In this document: piece by piece, positions 33,260-48,880 of the stretch
How positions within the stretch are numbered: the stretch's first letter is position 1
Layout of the letters: each line of letters opens with the position of its first letter
Source of the DNA: the human T2T-CHM13v2.0 reference genome, Homo sapiens
Assembly (NCBI RefSeq): GCF_009914755.1
Contig: NC_060940.1
Length of the DNA stretch: 64,000 nt
Strand: one strand, 5' to 3'
The notes under the pieces: generated by a model
Seen by the model: the letters and a program-made list of their open reading frames with translations, nothing else
Databases searched by the model: none
Told to the model about the DNA's origin: nothing
Program-made: the position numbers and the translations under genes

Positions 33260-34310
33260 GTGTCTGTGCATGGATAAGTGAATGAATGAATGCATGAATA
33301 AACTAATAAATGGAGGAGAGGAGACAGGTCTTTCTTATAAAAGAATTTCAATTCGTATATGTAGAAGAAATAGAGGATAGAAATCATCATTGAAGTACCA
33401 CAGTTATTGTTGCAGACAGTATCTACTGATGGCTACAAAAAGGGTGAGATTTTGAGGAGAAAAAGGTATTTATGTATTCCCAAATTATCTCCTTGAATAT
33501 ACTTACAAAGGGAAAAATTATAACTTAACCATGGAGAAACCCAAGAGGTACCACCTTAACCAAGTGACCAAGGTCAGCATCATTAGAACAAGACATAATA
33601 ATATCATCTTCTGCCTGATACGATATTTCCGTAGTGTATCTGCTAAAAATGCATAACCTCAGTGGAATTATAAGAAATTAAACAGGCAGGCATGGTGGTT
33701 CACGCCTGTAATCCTGGCAGGTGTGAGGCTAAAGCAGGAGGGTTGCTTAAGCCCAGCAGTCTAGACCAACCTGGGTACCATAGCAAGATCCCATCTTTAC
33801 AAAAACTTTAAAAATTAGCCAGGCATGGTGGCGCACACCTGTAGTCCCAGCCACTCAGAAGGCTGAGGGAGGAGGATCACTTGAGCCCAGAAGTTTGAGG
33901 CTGCAGTGATCTGTGCTCGCACCACTGCGCTCTACCCTGGGCAACAGAGACCATGTCTCAAAAAAAGAAAAAAGGCAAATCCAAGTTGAGGAACGAGATG
34001 CGAATTAATTGACCAGTGCACATCAAAGTGCTAAGGTCATGAAAGACAAGGAAGGAAGGACAAACTGTCACTGATTAGAGACATGACAACTAACTGCAGG
34101 ATGGGACTAGATTGGATCCTAGAACAGAGAAAGGACACTGCGGGGGAAAAGTGGTGATACTGGAATAAAGCATGTGGTTTAATTAGTATTTCTGTAACAA
34201 TATTAATTTCTGAGTTTGGATAATTGCAGGGTGCAAAGGAACTCAGTACAATTTTTAAAAACTTTTTTAAAAATCTTAAATTATTTCAAAATCAGTAGGT
34301 GAAAAAAAGA
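33260..34310 (+). mobile_element. Old L1MC-like 3' fragment containing an AluJ
   Basis: accaccttaaccaagtgaccaaggt and ttggatcctagaacagaga motifs. Confidence 0.6.
33685..33972 (+). mobile_element. Alu (AluJ-like)
   Basis: Diverged dimer. Confidence 0.88.
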
Positions 34311-34590
34311 AAACCAAATTCCTAAGGAGCGGCTCCATTTCCCTCAAGGCAAAGTCCAAGTTTGCTTGTGGGAAGTCCTTCAGGAACGGCTCTTCCCCAC
34401 GTCCCACCCTGTCCCCTCATACACATGGCTGCACCCCGCTCTCTAGCTTTGCCAAACTCCTTGCATTCTCTCATTTCTTTGTTGAAGTTGTATACAATAT
34501 AGAGCAAATCTCTAAATTTAAAACGGTTTATTTGGGAAGCAAGAATTACATTTTGGGCCGTACGCCCAGACTGGGGTCTTCAGTATGTCA

Positions 34591-34955
<365 letters not shown>

Positions 34956-35716
34956 TCATGGATGCTAGAGAAGCTTTCAGGAACTGGCAAGCAACGGTGG
35001 TGGGTAAACCAGTCAGAGACGTTGCAGGTCATTTCAGCAAGCTACCAGGTCAGACTGGCTGTGGGGTTGCAGCAGGCAGTTTCAGCAACTGGGCTTGTGG
35101 AAAAGTTAGTTCTTGCAGCAGGAGCTATGTGCCCTAAGTGCTTTCTACACTGGTCCTTGACTCATATTTAACTGGGTATGACTAGAATGACCCAGTTTGT
35201 ATGATCAACTTTCACACCTGGGATGTAGTCTTTTACTGTAATGCTTTTGCTGTCCCCCTTCCTTGGTGTACTTGCTCTCCCTCCAAGTATGCCTGCAAGT
35301 GCTCAGCCAACCTGAGTCGGGTGCCACCTCTGTGAAGCCTCCTGTGACCACTCTCTCCCAAGAGCTGATTCTGCCTTCCCTTGTACATAGCACATGCCTG
35401 CTCCACAGTGCTTGCAACTGCCATGTCTCCTTAGTCTCCAGTGTGTGGTGGTTCCTCAGTCTTTCCTTGTCTTTCATGACCACAGCTCTTCTGGTGAGTA
35501 CTAGTCAGTTATTTTATAGAATATCCCTTGTCTTGGTTTTGTTTGGTTTCTTACGATTAGATTGGATGGGAGGGTTGCATTTTTGGCAAGAACCCCATGG
35601 AAGTGATATCATGTCCTCTTCAGTGCATCATATCAGGAGGCCGTGATGTTAATTTGTCCCAACATTGGTATTGTTCAGTTTGATCACGTTATTTAAGAGG
35701 TATCCACTAGGTTTAG

Positions 35717-36029
<313 letters not shown>

Positions 36030-38092
36030 CTAGGTTAGTCTGTTTTTCTCTTTATAATTAATAAGTTGTGGGAGCAACACTTTGAGATTATGTAAATATC
36101 CCATTCCTCACTAACCTGCATTCACCAGTTTTAGTATCCACTTCTGTTTTATAACCCGGTCCATCCTTCTGTATTTATTAGGTGGACTCTGAAATTTTAG
36201 ACTTAAGCAGGTGGGTAGAAAATAGTACCGTTTACTAGTTAGGGACAACTGGGGAGGAATAGGCTATGCATAGCCTGGGGGGAAAAGGATTTATGTAACA
36301 CAATGGGTACTTTCTATCATGAAACATAATGCTAGAGGCTTACATGACTGGATTAAAATCCAAATAGAAATGATTCATAGCAATTCATTTTGTTGACATT
36401 AAGTCTATGGTTAGAAGTAAAAGTTTGTCAGTTCCTCAAGGATGGAGACTACCAACTAGTTGAGATCTTATTTCTGAATCCATACTTAGTACCTAATATC
36501 TCACCTGGTGCGGTGAGAGGCTAGCTACACAAAACAACACCACCTATCCACCAATCCAGTTTTCACTGGTTTGGTTACACGTTGTAGCTGTCCCTCTAGG
36601 GATGGCTGCATTCCTGCCTGGTCCAGTTGTTACTTATAGTTGTGCACGTCCACAATCCTGGGGTGCTGTGTGTGTGCTGTCTTCCCTGCTTCATGTCCCC
36701 CAAACACATGCACACTCTGCAGAAGTTTCATTGCACTGCCTTCCCGTTTCATTTGTAATTCACACTTGCCATGTTCTCTTTTCAGAAAACATAACCTTCT
36801 TTGAGATAAATTTCTCCTTTCTTCAAATCACATGACTCTCAAAGATACATAATTGCTATTCTCATATTTCTTCCAGATACAAATGTAATTGGACATGGTT
36901 ATGCAGAGCAAAGCTAAATACAAAATGCTACATTATATTTCCTCTTCAAAGTGGATGATGTGATATCAAGAGGAGAATGGAAAAGGTTTCTGTGGATCTG
37001 CCTGTGTTGCATAGTTGGGGGAAGGGAGGCTGTCGGGGAAGGATAGGACTGTGGCTGTGGCCTCCTGGGAGTTGCTTCTGCACCTCCATTGTGAAGGTGG
37101 GTCTCCGTCACCTTCATTACTGTGTTGTTGGTTGGTGGGATGAAGACACCTGGAAAGTAAACCCTTGATTTTCCTGAAACCTTTCCTGACTTTTCACTAC
37201 ATTGCATCTCCGAATCTTCCCAGGCAGGGCACATGTGGTATTGAGTAGTGAGCAGAGAAGCGGGCTGAGATGGGGTGCAACTAGGTTTATTCCCAAATGA
37301 AAGCCTCCTCCTGTGGCCAGCCCTAGAGTCCGGTTCCCATTCGGATTATTGCACTGGGGACAATAGTGGAACTGTGGATAGTGGAACATTTGAGCATTGA
37401 ATTGAACTGCTGAGTGTCCAGCACACCCTGGGGCCGATATGGAGAGAAAGTATCCCCTTCTCATTTGAGGACAAACCAGTGGGATGGAGTGCAGAAAAGC
37501 TCACAACCACTCAGCCGGTTCATGATGCCATTCTAAACAGTGTGGTCGTTTGACTTCAGAACCACATGAGAATAGTCACCAACATCGCAATATTAAAATC
37601 CACTGGTTCTCTAACCTGGCTGCGTGCTCATTTATCAAGTCAATTCATATTTATCAAGTGCCTGGTCAGTACCATTTTATTTGGTATGGGGATAGAGCAG
37701 GAAACAAACAAAGTCACTATTTTCATGGATATTGACATTAAACAAATGCGTCTTATTAGATGGTGATAAATTCTATGGAAAAATAAAGCAAGGGAAGGGG
37801 GTTGGAGGCTTGTTGTTTTAGACATGGTGGGTACCTTGGCTGCTCTTTGGAGGTGTTATTGGAGCAGAGAACTGGATCTAGGGAAGGATTAAACTGTGTG
37901 ACTATGGGGTGGGGGGAGGGGTGTTCCAGGCAGGGAGGAGGTCAGGACAAGCTGGGAACTTTTTTAATATGCATATGCTTGAACTGGATTTAATTGGCCC
38001 AGTTTGGAACCTAGGAATCTGTTTTTTTATAAAGCTCTCCTGAACATTCTGAGAAGGTCGACTGGGGAACTACTCTTAAAATCCATTAAAAT

Positions 38093-38524
<432 letters not shown>

Positions 38525-39206
38525 ATCCATTCAAATGATGAGTCATTCTAAGATCTGTGTGAGGAAAAAAGTTTTTTTGGTGAGTAAAAACCGTAATCTA
38601 GGTAAAAAGAATTGGTGGCAGAGAGAAATGAATAGAGAAAAATTAAAAGGAAATAGTGAAGAGTCCAGCTCTGAGCTCAGTGAGAGGAGGTGGGTGCCCC
38701 ATGCGGGTTCCTGCCCTTCCCCTGCCTTATGCCCTTTGCTCTCAGTGCACCAGTGTGAGGCTGATGGTGGTTCCCAGGCAGGTCACCAAGACCATCCTGT
38801 GTCTTGTTGCTGTCTCCTACCCTCAGCACTCCTCTAACATGTCTTCCGACAGGACAAATCCTGTAGGAAGAGCACCTTGGTGTTAGCCTGTGTAGCTCAT
38901 GGAGCTGTATGGAGGGCAGCTCACCTGTAGGCCCCTGGCACCCAGTCCACACCCCACTACCTGCTGAGGAGCTTCCTTGGGTTTCCCTCTGAGACCTCTG
39001 GTTGTGTCTCAGACGTCTGTGGAAATGCTCTTCTTCCATGTAGATGGAATTCTTGGATGGCAGGAACTGTGAGATAGAGGGGTTGGTATTTTTCCACCCA
39101 CAAAAGTGGGCTGTAAAAGGCTTGTGTGAGACAAGGCCATCTGTTGATGGAAACATTAACTGCAAATTGATATTTCATTTAAGTTGAATGGGTACTAAAA
39201 ACATCC

Positions 39207-39535
39207 TTTTATTTTTTATTTTTATGTATTTATTTATTTTGAGATAGGGTCTCACTCTGTTGCCCAGGCTGAAGTGCAGTGGCATGAGCACAGCTCACTG
39301 TAGCCTCGACCTACTGGGCTCAAGCGATCCTCCCACCTCAGCCTCTTAATTAGCTAGGACCACAGGTGTGCACACCACCCCAGTTGGCTAATTTTTTTTT
39401 TTTTTTTTAATTTTCTTTGTAGAGAGGAGGTCTCACTCTGTTGTCCAGGCTGGTCTCAAACTCCTAGGCTCAAGTGATTCTCCCACCTCGGCCTCCAAAA
39501 GTGTTGGGATTGTAGGTGTGAGCCACCATGCCAGA
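39207..39535 (-). mobile_element. Alu (AluJ-like), antisense in intron 1
   Basis: Full dimer. Confidence 0.9.
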
Positions 39536-39539
39536 AGCT

Positions 39540-39840
39540 TTATTTTTTAGAGCAACTTTACATTCACAGCAAAACTGAGAGGAAAGTACAAATATATCCC
39601 CTTTCCCCCATCCCTACCCATGCACAGCCTCCCCCATTATCAGTATACCACACGAGGGTGGTATACATTTGTTACAATTCCTGAACCTACATTGGCACAT
39701 CATTGTCACTCAAAGATTGTAGTTGACGTCAGGGTTCACTCTTGGTGGTGTGCCTTCTATGGGTTTGGACAAATGTGTCATGACATGGATCCACTATTAC
39801 AGTATCACCCAGAGTAGTTTCACTGCCCTAAAAATCCTCT
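39540..39840 (-). mobile_element. L1M 3'UTR fragment
   Basis: cacagcaaaactgagaggaaagtaca...gagtagtttcactgccctaaaaatcctct. Confidence 0.65.
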
Positions 39841-42800
39841 TCCCTGAAGGTCTATTTTTGATGTGCTTTCAGGAGCTCCTGAAGACAAAAAAGCAGTTGG
39901 AGGGCATCTGTGAAACAAATTCCCTACAGGAATGTGAATTATTAGTTTGGCATAAGCAGGTAAATGAAGAGGCTACACAGGCCCCTCTTCAAATATCTCA
40001 GGGTCCGTTCCTGATAGCTACACAATCCAAGGTGACATGATGACATGATTCATTCGAAATCATGAGTAATGCCCATGAATCACCCCCAAATTTCTGCAAA
40101 TCTCGACTTCGTGAACATTACATTCTCTTGCATTCTATTTAAATATGTTTCCTTGCTTTTATTGGAGACAAGCTTTTACATCAGAGGGGAAGAAAAGTCA
40201 CTTAGACTTATTCTCTATCACTGTTATGTCAAGCCCCATTCAGTCACGTCTAAAATGATTCTTGGAAGACGATGACCAGGCCTATTACCTGGGTGGTTTG
40301 TTGTGGCTTTTAGACACAGTGAACTTTTCCAGCATTTTGGAAGCAAGAAGGGGACTATACGTACCCAGTGGATGACTTTGGCTCAATTTTAATTACTTAC
40401 AAGTTGTAGACCCCTTTCATGGATGTAAAACTTTGAATAATACCATCTTCTTTATTAGCTAGTAGCCAACGACTTTTCTTATGTCCTTTTTTCCATATTG
40501 TCAAGAAAAAGTAACGTGAATATTGTTTCACTTCCTGCTCTACTTTAATAGAACAGAAGAACAGAAAAATTTTTTAAAAAGTTTGGCCAAAGGATGGGTG
40601 CTTGGGAGAAAAATAAACTTAGACCACATGATGTGCAAGAAGTATATTATAAATCCTTAAGTACTGATTGATTTGGCCAGAGTTAAGCCTCTAGGACTCA
40701 CTAGGGTAGGTCTCAGGGCTGAGTCTCTGCAGTAATTCTACGTAGCTGGTTTCAGCAGCTCAGTCAAGAAATATTCAGGGATGGAAGAGATTGCAAATCA
40801 CCTTAATCTCTTCTGTTTACAGATCAGCAGACGGGGCAGAGAGGGGAAATGTCTTGCCCTAGAAACAGAAAACGCGGAACAATGTGACATGCATAGTATT
40901 TATATTTGAACACCTGAGATCCATTTTTATAATACTTTCTATTGTTTCTAATTTTTTTTAGAGTGTTATAAAATTGTCAAGGTGATATTTTAAGGTTGCT
41001 GCATTTTCTAGGAGAGTTTGTAAATTGACATCATGTAATAATTAAAAAGAATATTAAGACTTCCAAGAAATTTACATGTATGATCCTGTAGCCTCCTGAG
41101 GTGGGGACAGAGAACATAGAAAAGGCCTATTGATTCATAGGCTCACTCAAGGAAAAAATGATCAGTTATTAACCCTTTAGCTTAGCTCTTTTTAAATGAT
41201 TATTCATTACTCATTCAGTACAGTCCATTGACTTCTCAGTTATATGTGGCAGAGATAAAAACAAAGTGCAAGATGAGAAAATTCTAGATAAAAAAGGGAA
41301 ATCTAAGGCGAAAATGTTTTGGTAGGTATTAGAAAAATGAAAGTATATGGAAGGAAAGAAATGCAAAACAGAATGGAATAAAACTAAAGGTATATAGAGA
41401 TTTAAGTTGGGAAGTTGGGGGAAAAGTGAAGACAATAAGGGAGAATAAGACAAGTTTGTGTAGTTACTAAATTAGAAAGGAACGGTGACTGTCCCAGAAA
41501 TGCGGGAGGGAAGTGGCTGTGAATGGCAGAAGGCTGTGGAGCAAGACTGCTTCCCGATAGATTTGAGTGATGCTTACAGTCCAAGACTGGAAGGGAGGCC
41601 CTTTGAGAGGCCCTGATTTCCAACTTTCACTTCATTCTTGGCAGACAGGTAGATGATCATCCAGCATGATGCTACTAAGATGGCATGTGCAGGCTGGTGA
41701 TGGTCTGCACATTGTTACCTGCCCATGATCATAGAAGCTCAAGAGTTTAGAAACTCTTTTAGCAGTTTGACAGAGTAATTTATGTCTGTTGAATTTATCT
41801 ATGAATTAAGTCATTATATTTTACAAAATATTCATCTGGGATTAATTGGAAATACAAAAAACATAGCACAGATAATTGAAGAAGCACCTATTAACCCCTT
41901 GTTACTCAAAGAGTGGTCTGGAGACCGACAGAATCCACATCACCCAAGAGCTCATTACAAAGACAAGCACTCAGGCTGCATTGCCAACCTTCTGAATCAG
42001 AAAAACCTTGTTTTGAACAGTTCCCAGTTGAATTGTATGAGCATTAAAGTTTGAGAAGCACTGGGCCTTAATCCTTTCAGCGTTGTACAGATACAGTTAT
42101 TAAACGTTCTTCCTTGTTTTTGATCTGGTTCAGCTTTGTTGTACCTAAGGTCATCAGAAAAAATCATATGTGAGAGCACTTCACATTTAAAGACTTGAGT
42201 ATTTAAAGACCACTGTCAGCTTCAAGTTTATTGTACATGTAATCATCAAGCAGCATCTTCACTTTGTAAACTGCTGGGCTAGGTTGTCAGCATACAGTGA
42301 TAAAGAGGGCTCCAGCCTCAAGGAACTTGGAGTTTACTAAAGGAAATAGAGAAATACCATAATGTAGGCCAGAACTTGATCATTCCATAGTATGTCATAA
42401 TAAAGTTATTGATAAGGTGCTGGGGAAATTCATAACAGGAATCTATTTTTACCTACAAAGAGGTAAGGGCGGAGGTGCAGCTTGTGGCAGGATGGAGTGA
42501 TCTAGGAAAAATCTGTAGAACAGCTGGCATTACAACTGATCTTTCAAAGACGGGTGGGAATTGGGCAGGCACAAATGGTATTGGGGGAGGTTAAGGGCAG
42601 GATAGGATGATGGGAAGGTGTCAGGGGCAGATGTAAGGATGTGAATTTAAACCGTAATTAAAGTTTTGATACTTAACCTTCAGGTGTTTGGAGACTTCAA
42701 GTGTACAGCAATTCATTTTTTCATGGGCTTTGGAAAGGATCACATTTTATGGAAGTCTGAAATGGTCCATGCTCGTATTTCAGGAAGTCTCTTTTTCCTT

Positions 42801-42869
42801 CCTCTTAGCCATTGTGTATCCTCTGCCACCTGCTGAGAAAAACCTGTATTCTTTATATTTGTTCGTTTC

Positions 42870-42998
42870 TTTGTTTTAAATAGAGATGAGGTCTTGCTGT
42901 GTTGCCCACAATGGTCTTGAACTCCTGGGCTCAAGCAGTCCTCTCACCTCAGCCTTACAAAGTGCCCGGATTACAGGCGTGAGCCACTGTGCCCAGCC
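42870..42998 (-). mobile_element. Alu monomer (FLAM-like)
   Basis: Left-monomer reverse complement. Confidence 0.82.
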
Positions 42999-43140
42999 AA
43001 AACCTGTACTCATTAGAAATGATCCTCTTTCATTGTGGAAACATATGACAGTAGAATAATCCTTAAAAAAAATAATAAAACCCATCCAGTCACATGAGTC
43101 AGAAATAAAAATAAAAGAAAACAATAAAAGGGCTCCTTGT

Positions 43141-46100
43141 CCAACACACACCTCACACAGGCAGGTGCCCCTCTGGGGCGAAGCTTCCAGAGGAAGGATC
43201 AGGCAGCAATTTTTGCTGTTCTGCAGTCTCCACTGGTGATACCCAGGCAAACAGGGTCTGGAATGGACCTCCAGCAAACCCCCACAGACCTGCAGCTGAG
43301 GGGCCTCTCTGTTAGAAGGAAAACTAACAAACAGAAAGGAATAGCATCAACATCAACAAAAAGGACATCCACACCAAAACCCCACCCATAGGTCACCAAC
43401 ATCAAAGACCCAAGTAGATAAAACCACAAAGATGGGGAGAAACCAGAGCAGAAAGGCTGAAAATTCTTTGGAGGAGAAGAGAATACCTCTTCTCCTCCAA
43501 AGGAATACAACTCCTTGCCAGCAAGGGAACAAAACTGGATGGATAATGAATTTGATGAGTTGATAGAAGTAGGCTTCAGAAGGTCAGTAATAACAAACTT
43601 CTCCAAGCTAAAGGAGCATGTTTTAACCCATCGCAAGGAATCGAAAAGCGTTCAAAAAGGGTTAGACAAATGGCTAACTAGAATAACCAGTGTAGAGAAG
43701 ACCTTAAATGACCTGATGGAGCTGAAAACCACAGTATGAGAACTTCATGAAGTATACACAAGCTTCAGTAGCTGATTCGATCAAGCAGAAGAAAGGATAT
43801 CAGTGACTGAAGATCAGATTAATGAAATAAAGCAAGAAGACAAGATTAGAGAAAAAAGGAGTGAAAAGAAATGAAGAAAGCCTTCAAGAAATATGGGACT
43901 ATGTGAAAAGACCAAATCTACATTTGTTTGGTGTACTTGAAAGTGATGGGGAGAATGGAACCAAGTTGGAAAACACTCTGCAGGATATTATCCAGGAGAA
44001 CTTCCCCAACCTAGGGAGGCAGGCCAACATTCAAATTCAGGAAATACAGAGAATGCCACAAAGATACTCCTCGAGAAGAGCAACCCCAAGACACATAGAT
44101 TCACCAAGGTTGAAATGAAGGAAAAAATGTTAAGGGCAGCCAGAGAGAAAGGTCGGGTTACCCACAAAGGGAGCCCATCAGACTAACAGTGGATCTCTCT
44201 GCAGAAACCCTACAAACCAGAAGAGAGTGGGGGCCAATATTCAACATTCTTAAAACTATTTTCAACCCAGAATTTCATATCTAGCCAAACTAAGCTTCAT
44301 AAGTGAAGGAGAAATAAAATCCTTTACAGACAAGCAAATGCTGAGAGATTTTTGTCACCACCAGGCCTGCCTTACAAGAGCTCCTGAAGGAAGCACTAAA
44401 CATGGATAGGAACAACCGGTACCAGCCACTGTAAAAACATGCCAAATTGTAAAGACCATCGATGCTGTGAAGTAACTGCATCAATTAACAGGTGAAATAA
44501 CCAGCTAGCATCATAGTGACAGGATCAAATTCACACATAAGAATATTAACCTTAAATGTAAATGGGCTAAATACCCCAATTGAAAGACACAGATTGGCAA
44601 ATTGGATAAAGAGTCAAGACCCATCAGTGTGCTGTGTTCAGGAGACCCATCTCACATGCAAAGACACACATAGGCTCAAAATAAAGGGATGGAGGAAGAT
44701 CTACCAAGCAAATGGAAAGCAGAAGAAGCAGGGGTTGCAATCCTTGTCTCTGATAAAACAGACTTTAAACCAACAAAGATCAGAAGAGACAAAGAAGGCC
44801 ATTACATAATGGTAAAGGGATCTATTCAACAAGAAGAGCTAACTATCCTAAATACATATCCACCCAATACAGGAGCACCCAGATTCATAAAGCAAGTTCT
44901 TAGAGACCTACAAAGAGACTTAGACTCCCACACAATAATAATGGGAGACTTTAACACCCCACTGTCAATATTAGACAGATGAATGAGACAGAAAATTAAT
45001 AAGGGTATGCAGAACTTGAACTCAGCTCTGGACCAAGCAGACCAAATAGACATCTACAGAACTCTCCACCCCAAATCAACAGAATATACATTCTTCTTAG
45101 CACCACATTGCACTTATTCTAAAATTGACCACATAATTGGAAGTAAAGCACTCCTAGGCAAATGTAAAAGAACAGAAATCACAACAAACTGTCTCAGACC
45201 ACAGTGCAATCAAATTAGAATTCAGGATTCAGACTCTCACTCAAAACCGCACAACTACATGGAAACTGAACAACTTGCTCCTGAATGATTACTGGGTAAA
45301 TAACGAAATGAAGGCAGAAATAAAGATTTTCTTTGAAACCAATGAGAACAAAGACACAACGTACCAGAATCTTTGGGACACATTTCAAGCAATATGTAGA
45401 GGGAAATTTATAGCACGAAATGCCCACAAGAGAAAGCAGGACAGATCTAAAATCCACACCCTAGCATCACAATTAAAAGAACTAGAGAAGCAAGAGCAAA
45501 CACATTCAAAAACTAGCAGAAGACAAGAAATAACTAAGATCAGAGCAGAACTGAAGGAGATGGAGACACAACCCTTCAAAAAATCAATGAATCCAGGAAC
45601 TGGTTTTTTGAAAAGATCAGCAAAATGGTTAGACTGCTAGCAAGACTAATAAAGAAGAAAAGAGAGAAGAATCAAATAGACGGAATAAAAAATGATAAAG
45701 GGGATATCACCACCGATCCCAAAGAAATACAAACTACCTTCAGAGAATACTATGAACACCTCTACAGAAATAAACTAGAACATCTAGAAGAAATGGATAA
45801 ATTCCTGGACACATACACCCTCCCAAAACTAAACCAGGAAGAAGTTGAATCTCTGAATAGACCAATAACAGGTTCTGAAATTGAGGCAATAATTAATAGC
45901 CTACCAACCAAAAAAAAGTCCAGGACCAGACGGATTCACAGCCGAGTTCTATAAAGAGGAGCTGGTACCATTCCTTCTGAAACTATTCCGATCAATAGAA
46001 AAAGGGGGAATCCTCACTAACTCATTTTATGAGGCCAGCATCATCCTGATACCAAAGCCTGGGAGAGACACAACAAAAGAGAATTTTAGGCCAATATCCC

Positions 46101-48510
46101 TGATGAACATTGATGTGAAAATCCTCAATAAAATACTGGCAAGCCGAATCCAGCAGCACATCAGAAAGCTTATCCACCACGATCAAGTTGGCTTCATCCC
46201 TGGGATGCAAGGCTGGTTCAACATATGCAAATCAATAAACATAATCCATCACATAAGCAGAACCAACGACAAAAACCACATGATTATCTCAACAGATGTA
46301 GAAAAGGCCTTTGACAAAATTTGGCAGCCTTTCATGGTAAAAACTCTCAATAAACTAGGTATTGGTGGAACATATCTCAACATAATAAGACCTATTTACG
46401 ACAAACCCAGAGCCAGTATCATCCTGAATGGGCAAAAATTGGAAGTATTCTCTTTGAAAACTGACACAAGACAAGGATGCCCTCTCTCACCATTCCTATT
46501 CAACATAGTATTGGAAGTTCCGGCCAGAGCAATCAGGCAAGAGAAAGCAATAAAGCGTATTGAAATAGGAAGAAAGGAAGTCAAATTGTCTCTGTTTGCA
46601 GATGACATGATTGTATATTTAGAAAATCCCATCATCTCAGCCCAAAATCTTCTTAAGCTGATAAACAACTTCAGCAAAGTCTCAGGATAGAAAATGAATG
46701 TGCAAAATCACAAGTGTTGCTATACACCAATAACAGACAACAGCCAAATCATGAGTGAACTCCCATTCACAATTGCTACTAAGAGAATAAAATACATAGG
46801 AATACAACTTACAAGGGATGTGAAGGACCTCTTCAAGGAGAACTACAAACCACTGCTCAAGGAAATAAGAGAGGACACAAACAATGGAAAAACATTCCAT
46901 GCTCATGGATAGGAAGAATCAATATTGTGAAAATGGCCTTACTGCCCAAAGTAATTTATAGATTTAATGCTATCCCCATCAAGCTGCCGCTGACTTTCTT
47001 CACAGAATTGGAAAAACTACTTTAAACTTCATATGGAAGCAAAAAAGAGCCCGCATAGCCAAGAGAACCCTGGACAAGAAGAACAAAGAACAAAGTCAGG
47101 AGGCATCACGCTACCTGACTTCAAACTTTACTACAAGGCTGCAGTAACCAAAACAGCATGGTACTGGTACCAAACAGATATATAGACCAATGGAACAGAA
47201 CGGAGGCCTCAGAAATGACACCACACATCTACCACCATCTGATGTTTGACAAACCTGACACAAGCAATGGGGAAAGATTCCCTATTTAATAAATCATGCT
47301 GGGAAAACTGGCTAGCCGTATGCAGAAAACTGAAACTGGACCTTCTTACATCTTATACAAAAATCAACTCAAGATGGATCAGAGACTTAAACATAAGACC
47401 TAGGACCATAAAAATCCTAGAAGAAAACCTGGGCAATACCATTCAAGACAAAGGCATGGGCAAAGACCATGTCTAAAACACCAAAAGCAATGGCAAAAAA
47501 GCCAAAAACGACAAATGGGATCTAATTAAAGAACTTCTGCACAGCAAAAGAAACTACCCTCAGAGTGAACGGGCAACCTACAGAATGGGAGAAAATTTTT
47601 GCAATCTATGCATCTGACAAAGGGCTAATATCCAGAATCTACAAAGAACTTAAACAAATTTACAAGAAAAAAGCAAACAACCCCATCGAAAAATGGGCAA
47701 AGGATATGAACAGTCACTTCTCAAAAGAAGACATTTATGCAACCAACAGACATGAAAAAATGCTCATCATAACTGGCCATTAGAGAAATGCAAATCAAAA
47801 CCACAATGAGATACCATCTCACACCAGTTAGAACGGCGATCATTAAAAAGTCAGGAAAAAACCGATGCTGGACAAGTTGTGGAAAAATAGGAACACTTTT
47901 ACACTGTTGGTGGTAGTGTAAATTAGTTCAACCATTGTGGAAGACAGTGTGGCGATTCCTCAAGGATCTAGAACTAGAAATACCATTTGACCCAGCAATC
48001 CCATTACTGGGCGTATACCCAAAGGATTGTAAATCATTGTACTATAAAGACACATGCACACATATGTTTGATGCGGCACTATTCACAATAGCAAAGACTT
48101 GGAACCAACCCAAATGTCCATCAATGATAGACTAAGAAAATGTGGCACATACACACCATGGAATACTATGCAGCCATAAAAAAGGATGAGTTCATGTCTT
48201 TTGCAGGGACATGGATGAAGCTGGAAACCATCATTCTCAGCAAACTGTCACAAGATCAGAAAACCAAACAATGCATGTTCTCACTCATAAGTGGAAGTTG
48301 AACAATGAGAACACATGGACACAGGGAGGGGAACATCGCACACTGGGGCCTGTTAGGGGTGGGGGCCTAGGGGAGGGATAACATTAGGAGAAATATCTGA
48401 TGTAGGTGACGGGTTAATGGGTTCAGCAAACCACCATGGCACATGTATACCTGTGTAACAAAATTGTACGTTCTGCACATGTAACCCAGAGCTTAAAGTA
48501 TAATAATAAT
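43141..48510 (+). mobile_element. Near full-length degraded LINE-1 (L1PA, probably ~L1PA7/8), 5'UTR-truncated, sense to GAN
   Basis: Partial 5'UTR; ORF1 relic 43432-44452; ORF2 relic 44516-48301 (EN LTLNVNGLN, RT LFADDMI); G-rich 3'UTR. Degenerate TSD taaaagggctccttgt (43125-43140) / taaaagagggcttcttgt (48513-48530). Many stops and frameshifts. Confidence 0.95.
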
Positions 48511-48587
48511 TTTAAAAGAGGGCTTCTTGTAACCTTTTCCCTGATAGCCTAGTTTCCCCCATCCTACCACTGTCTGCAAGACGCATG

Positions 48588-48746
48588 CAAGTTTTCCACA
48601 GACAGGAGTTCTGGGGATGGTTTCAGGGTGTAACCGTTCCACCTCAGATCATCAGACATTAGATTCTCACAAGGAATGTGCAATCTGGATCCTTCACATG
48701 CCCAGTTCACAATAGGGTTCGTGCTCCTATGAGAATCTAATGCCAC
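48588..48746 (-). mobile_element. Internal fragment of MER1 (hAT-Charlie MITE), inverted
   Basis: Reverse complement of 49246-49404. Confidence 0.8.
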
Positions 48747-48880
48747 ATGCGCAAGCAAGTACAGCTAGCTCTTGGTTGAACCTGGGTTACTTTAAAATAA
48801 GAACTCTAATTCTATCCTGAAGCTCCTCTATCTGAACATGTTTTGGAGATACCTCCTCTAAATTTTTTAGTGGCTGTTAG

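Noticed and set aside
43432-48301. L1 ORF1/ORF2 fragments as active genes
   Set aside because: Broken by many stops and frameshifts; ORF2 start mutated to GTG; promoter truncated.
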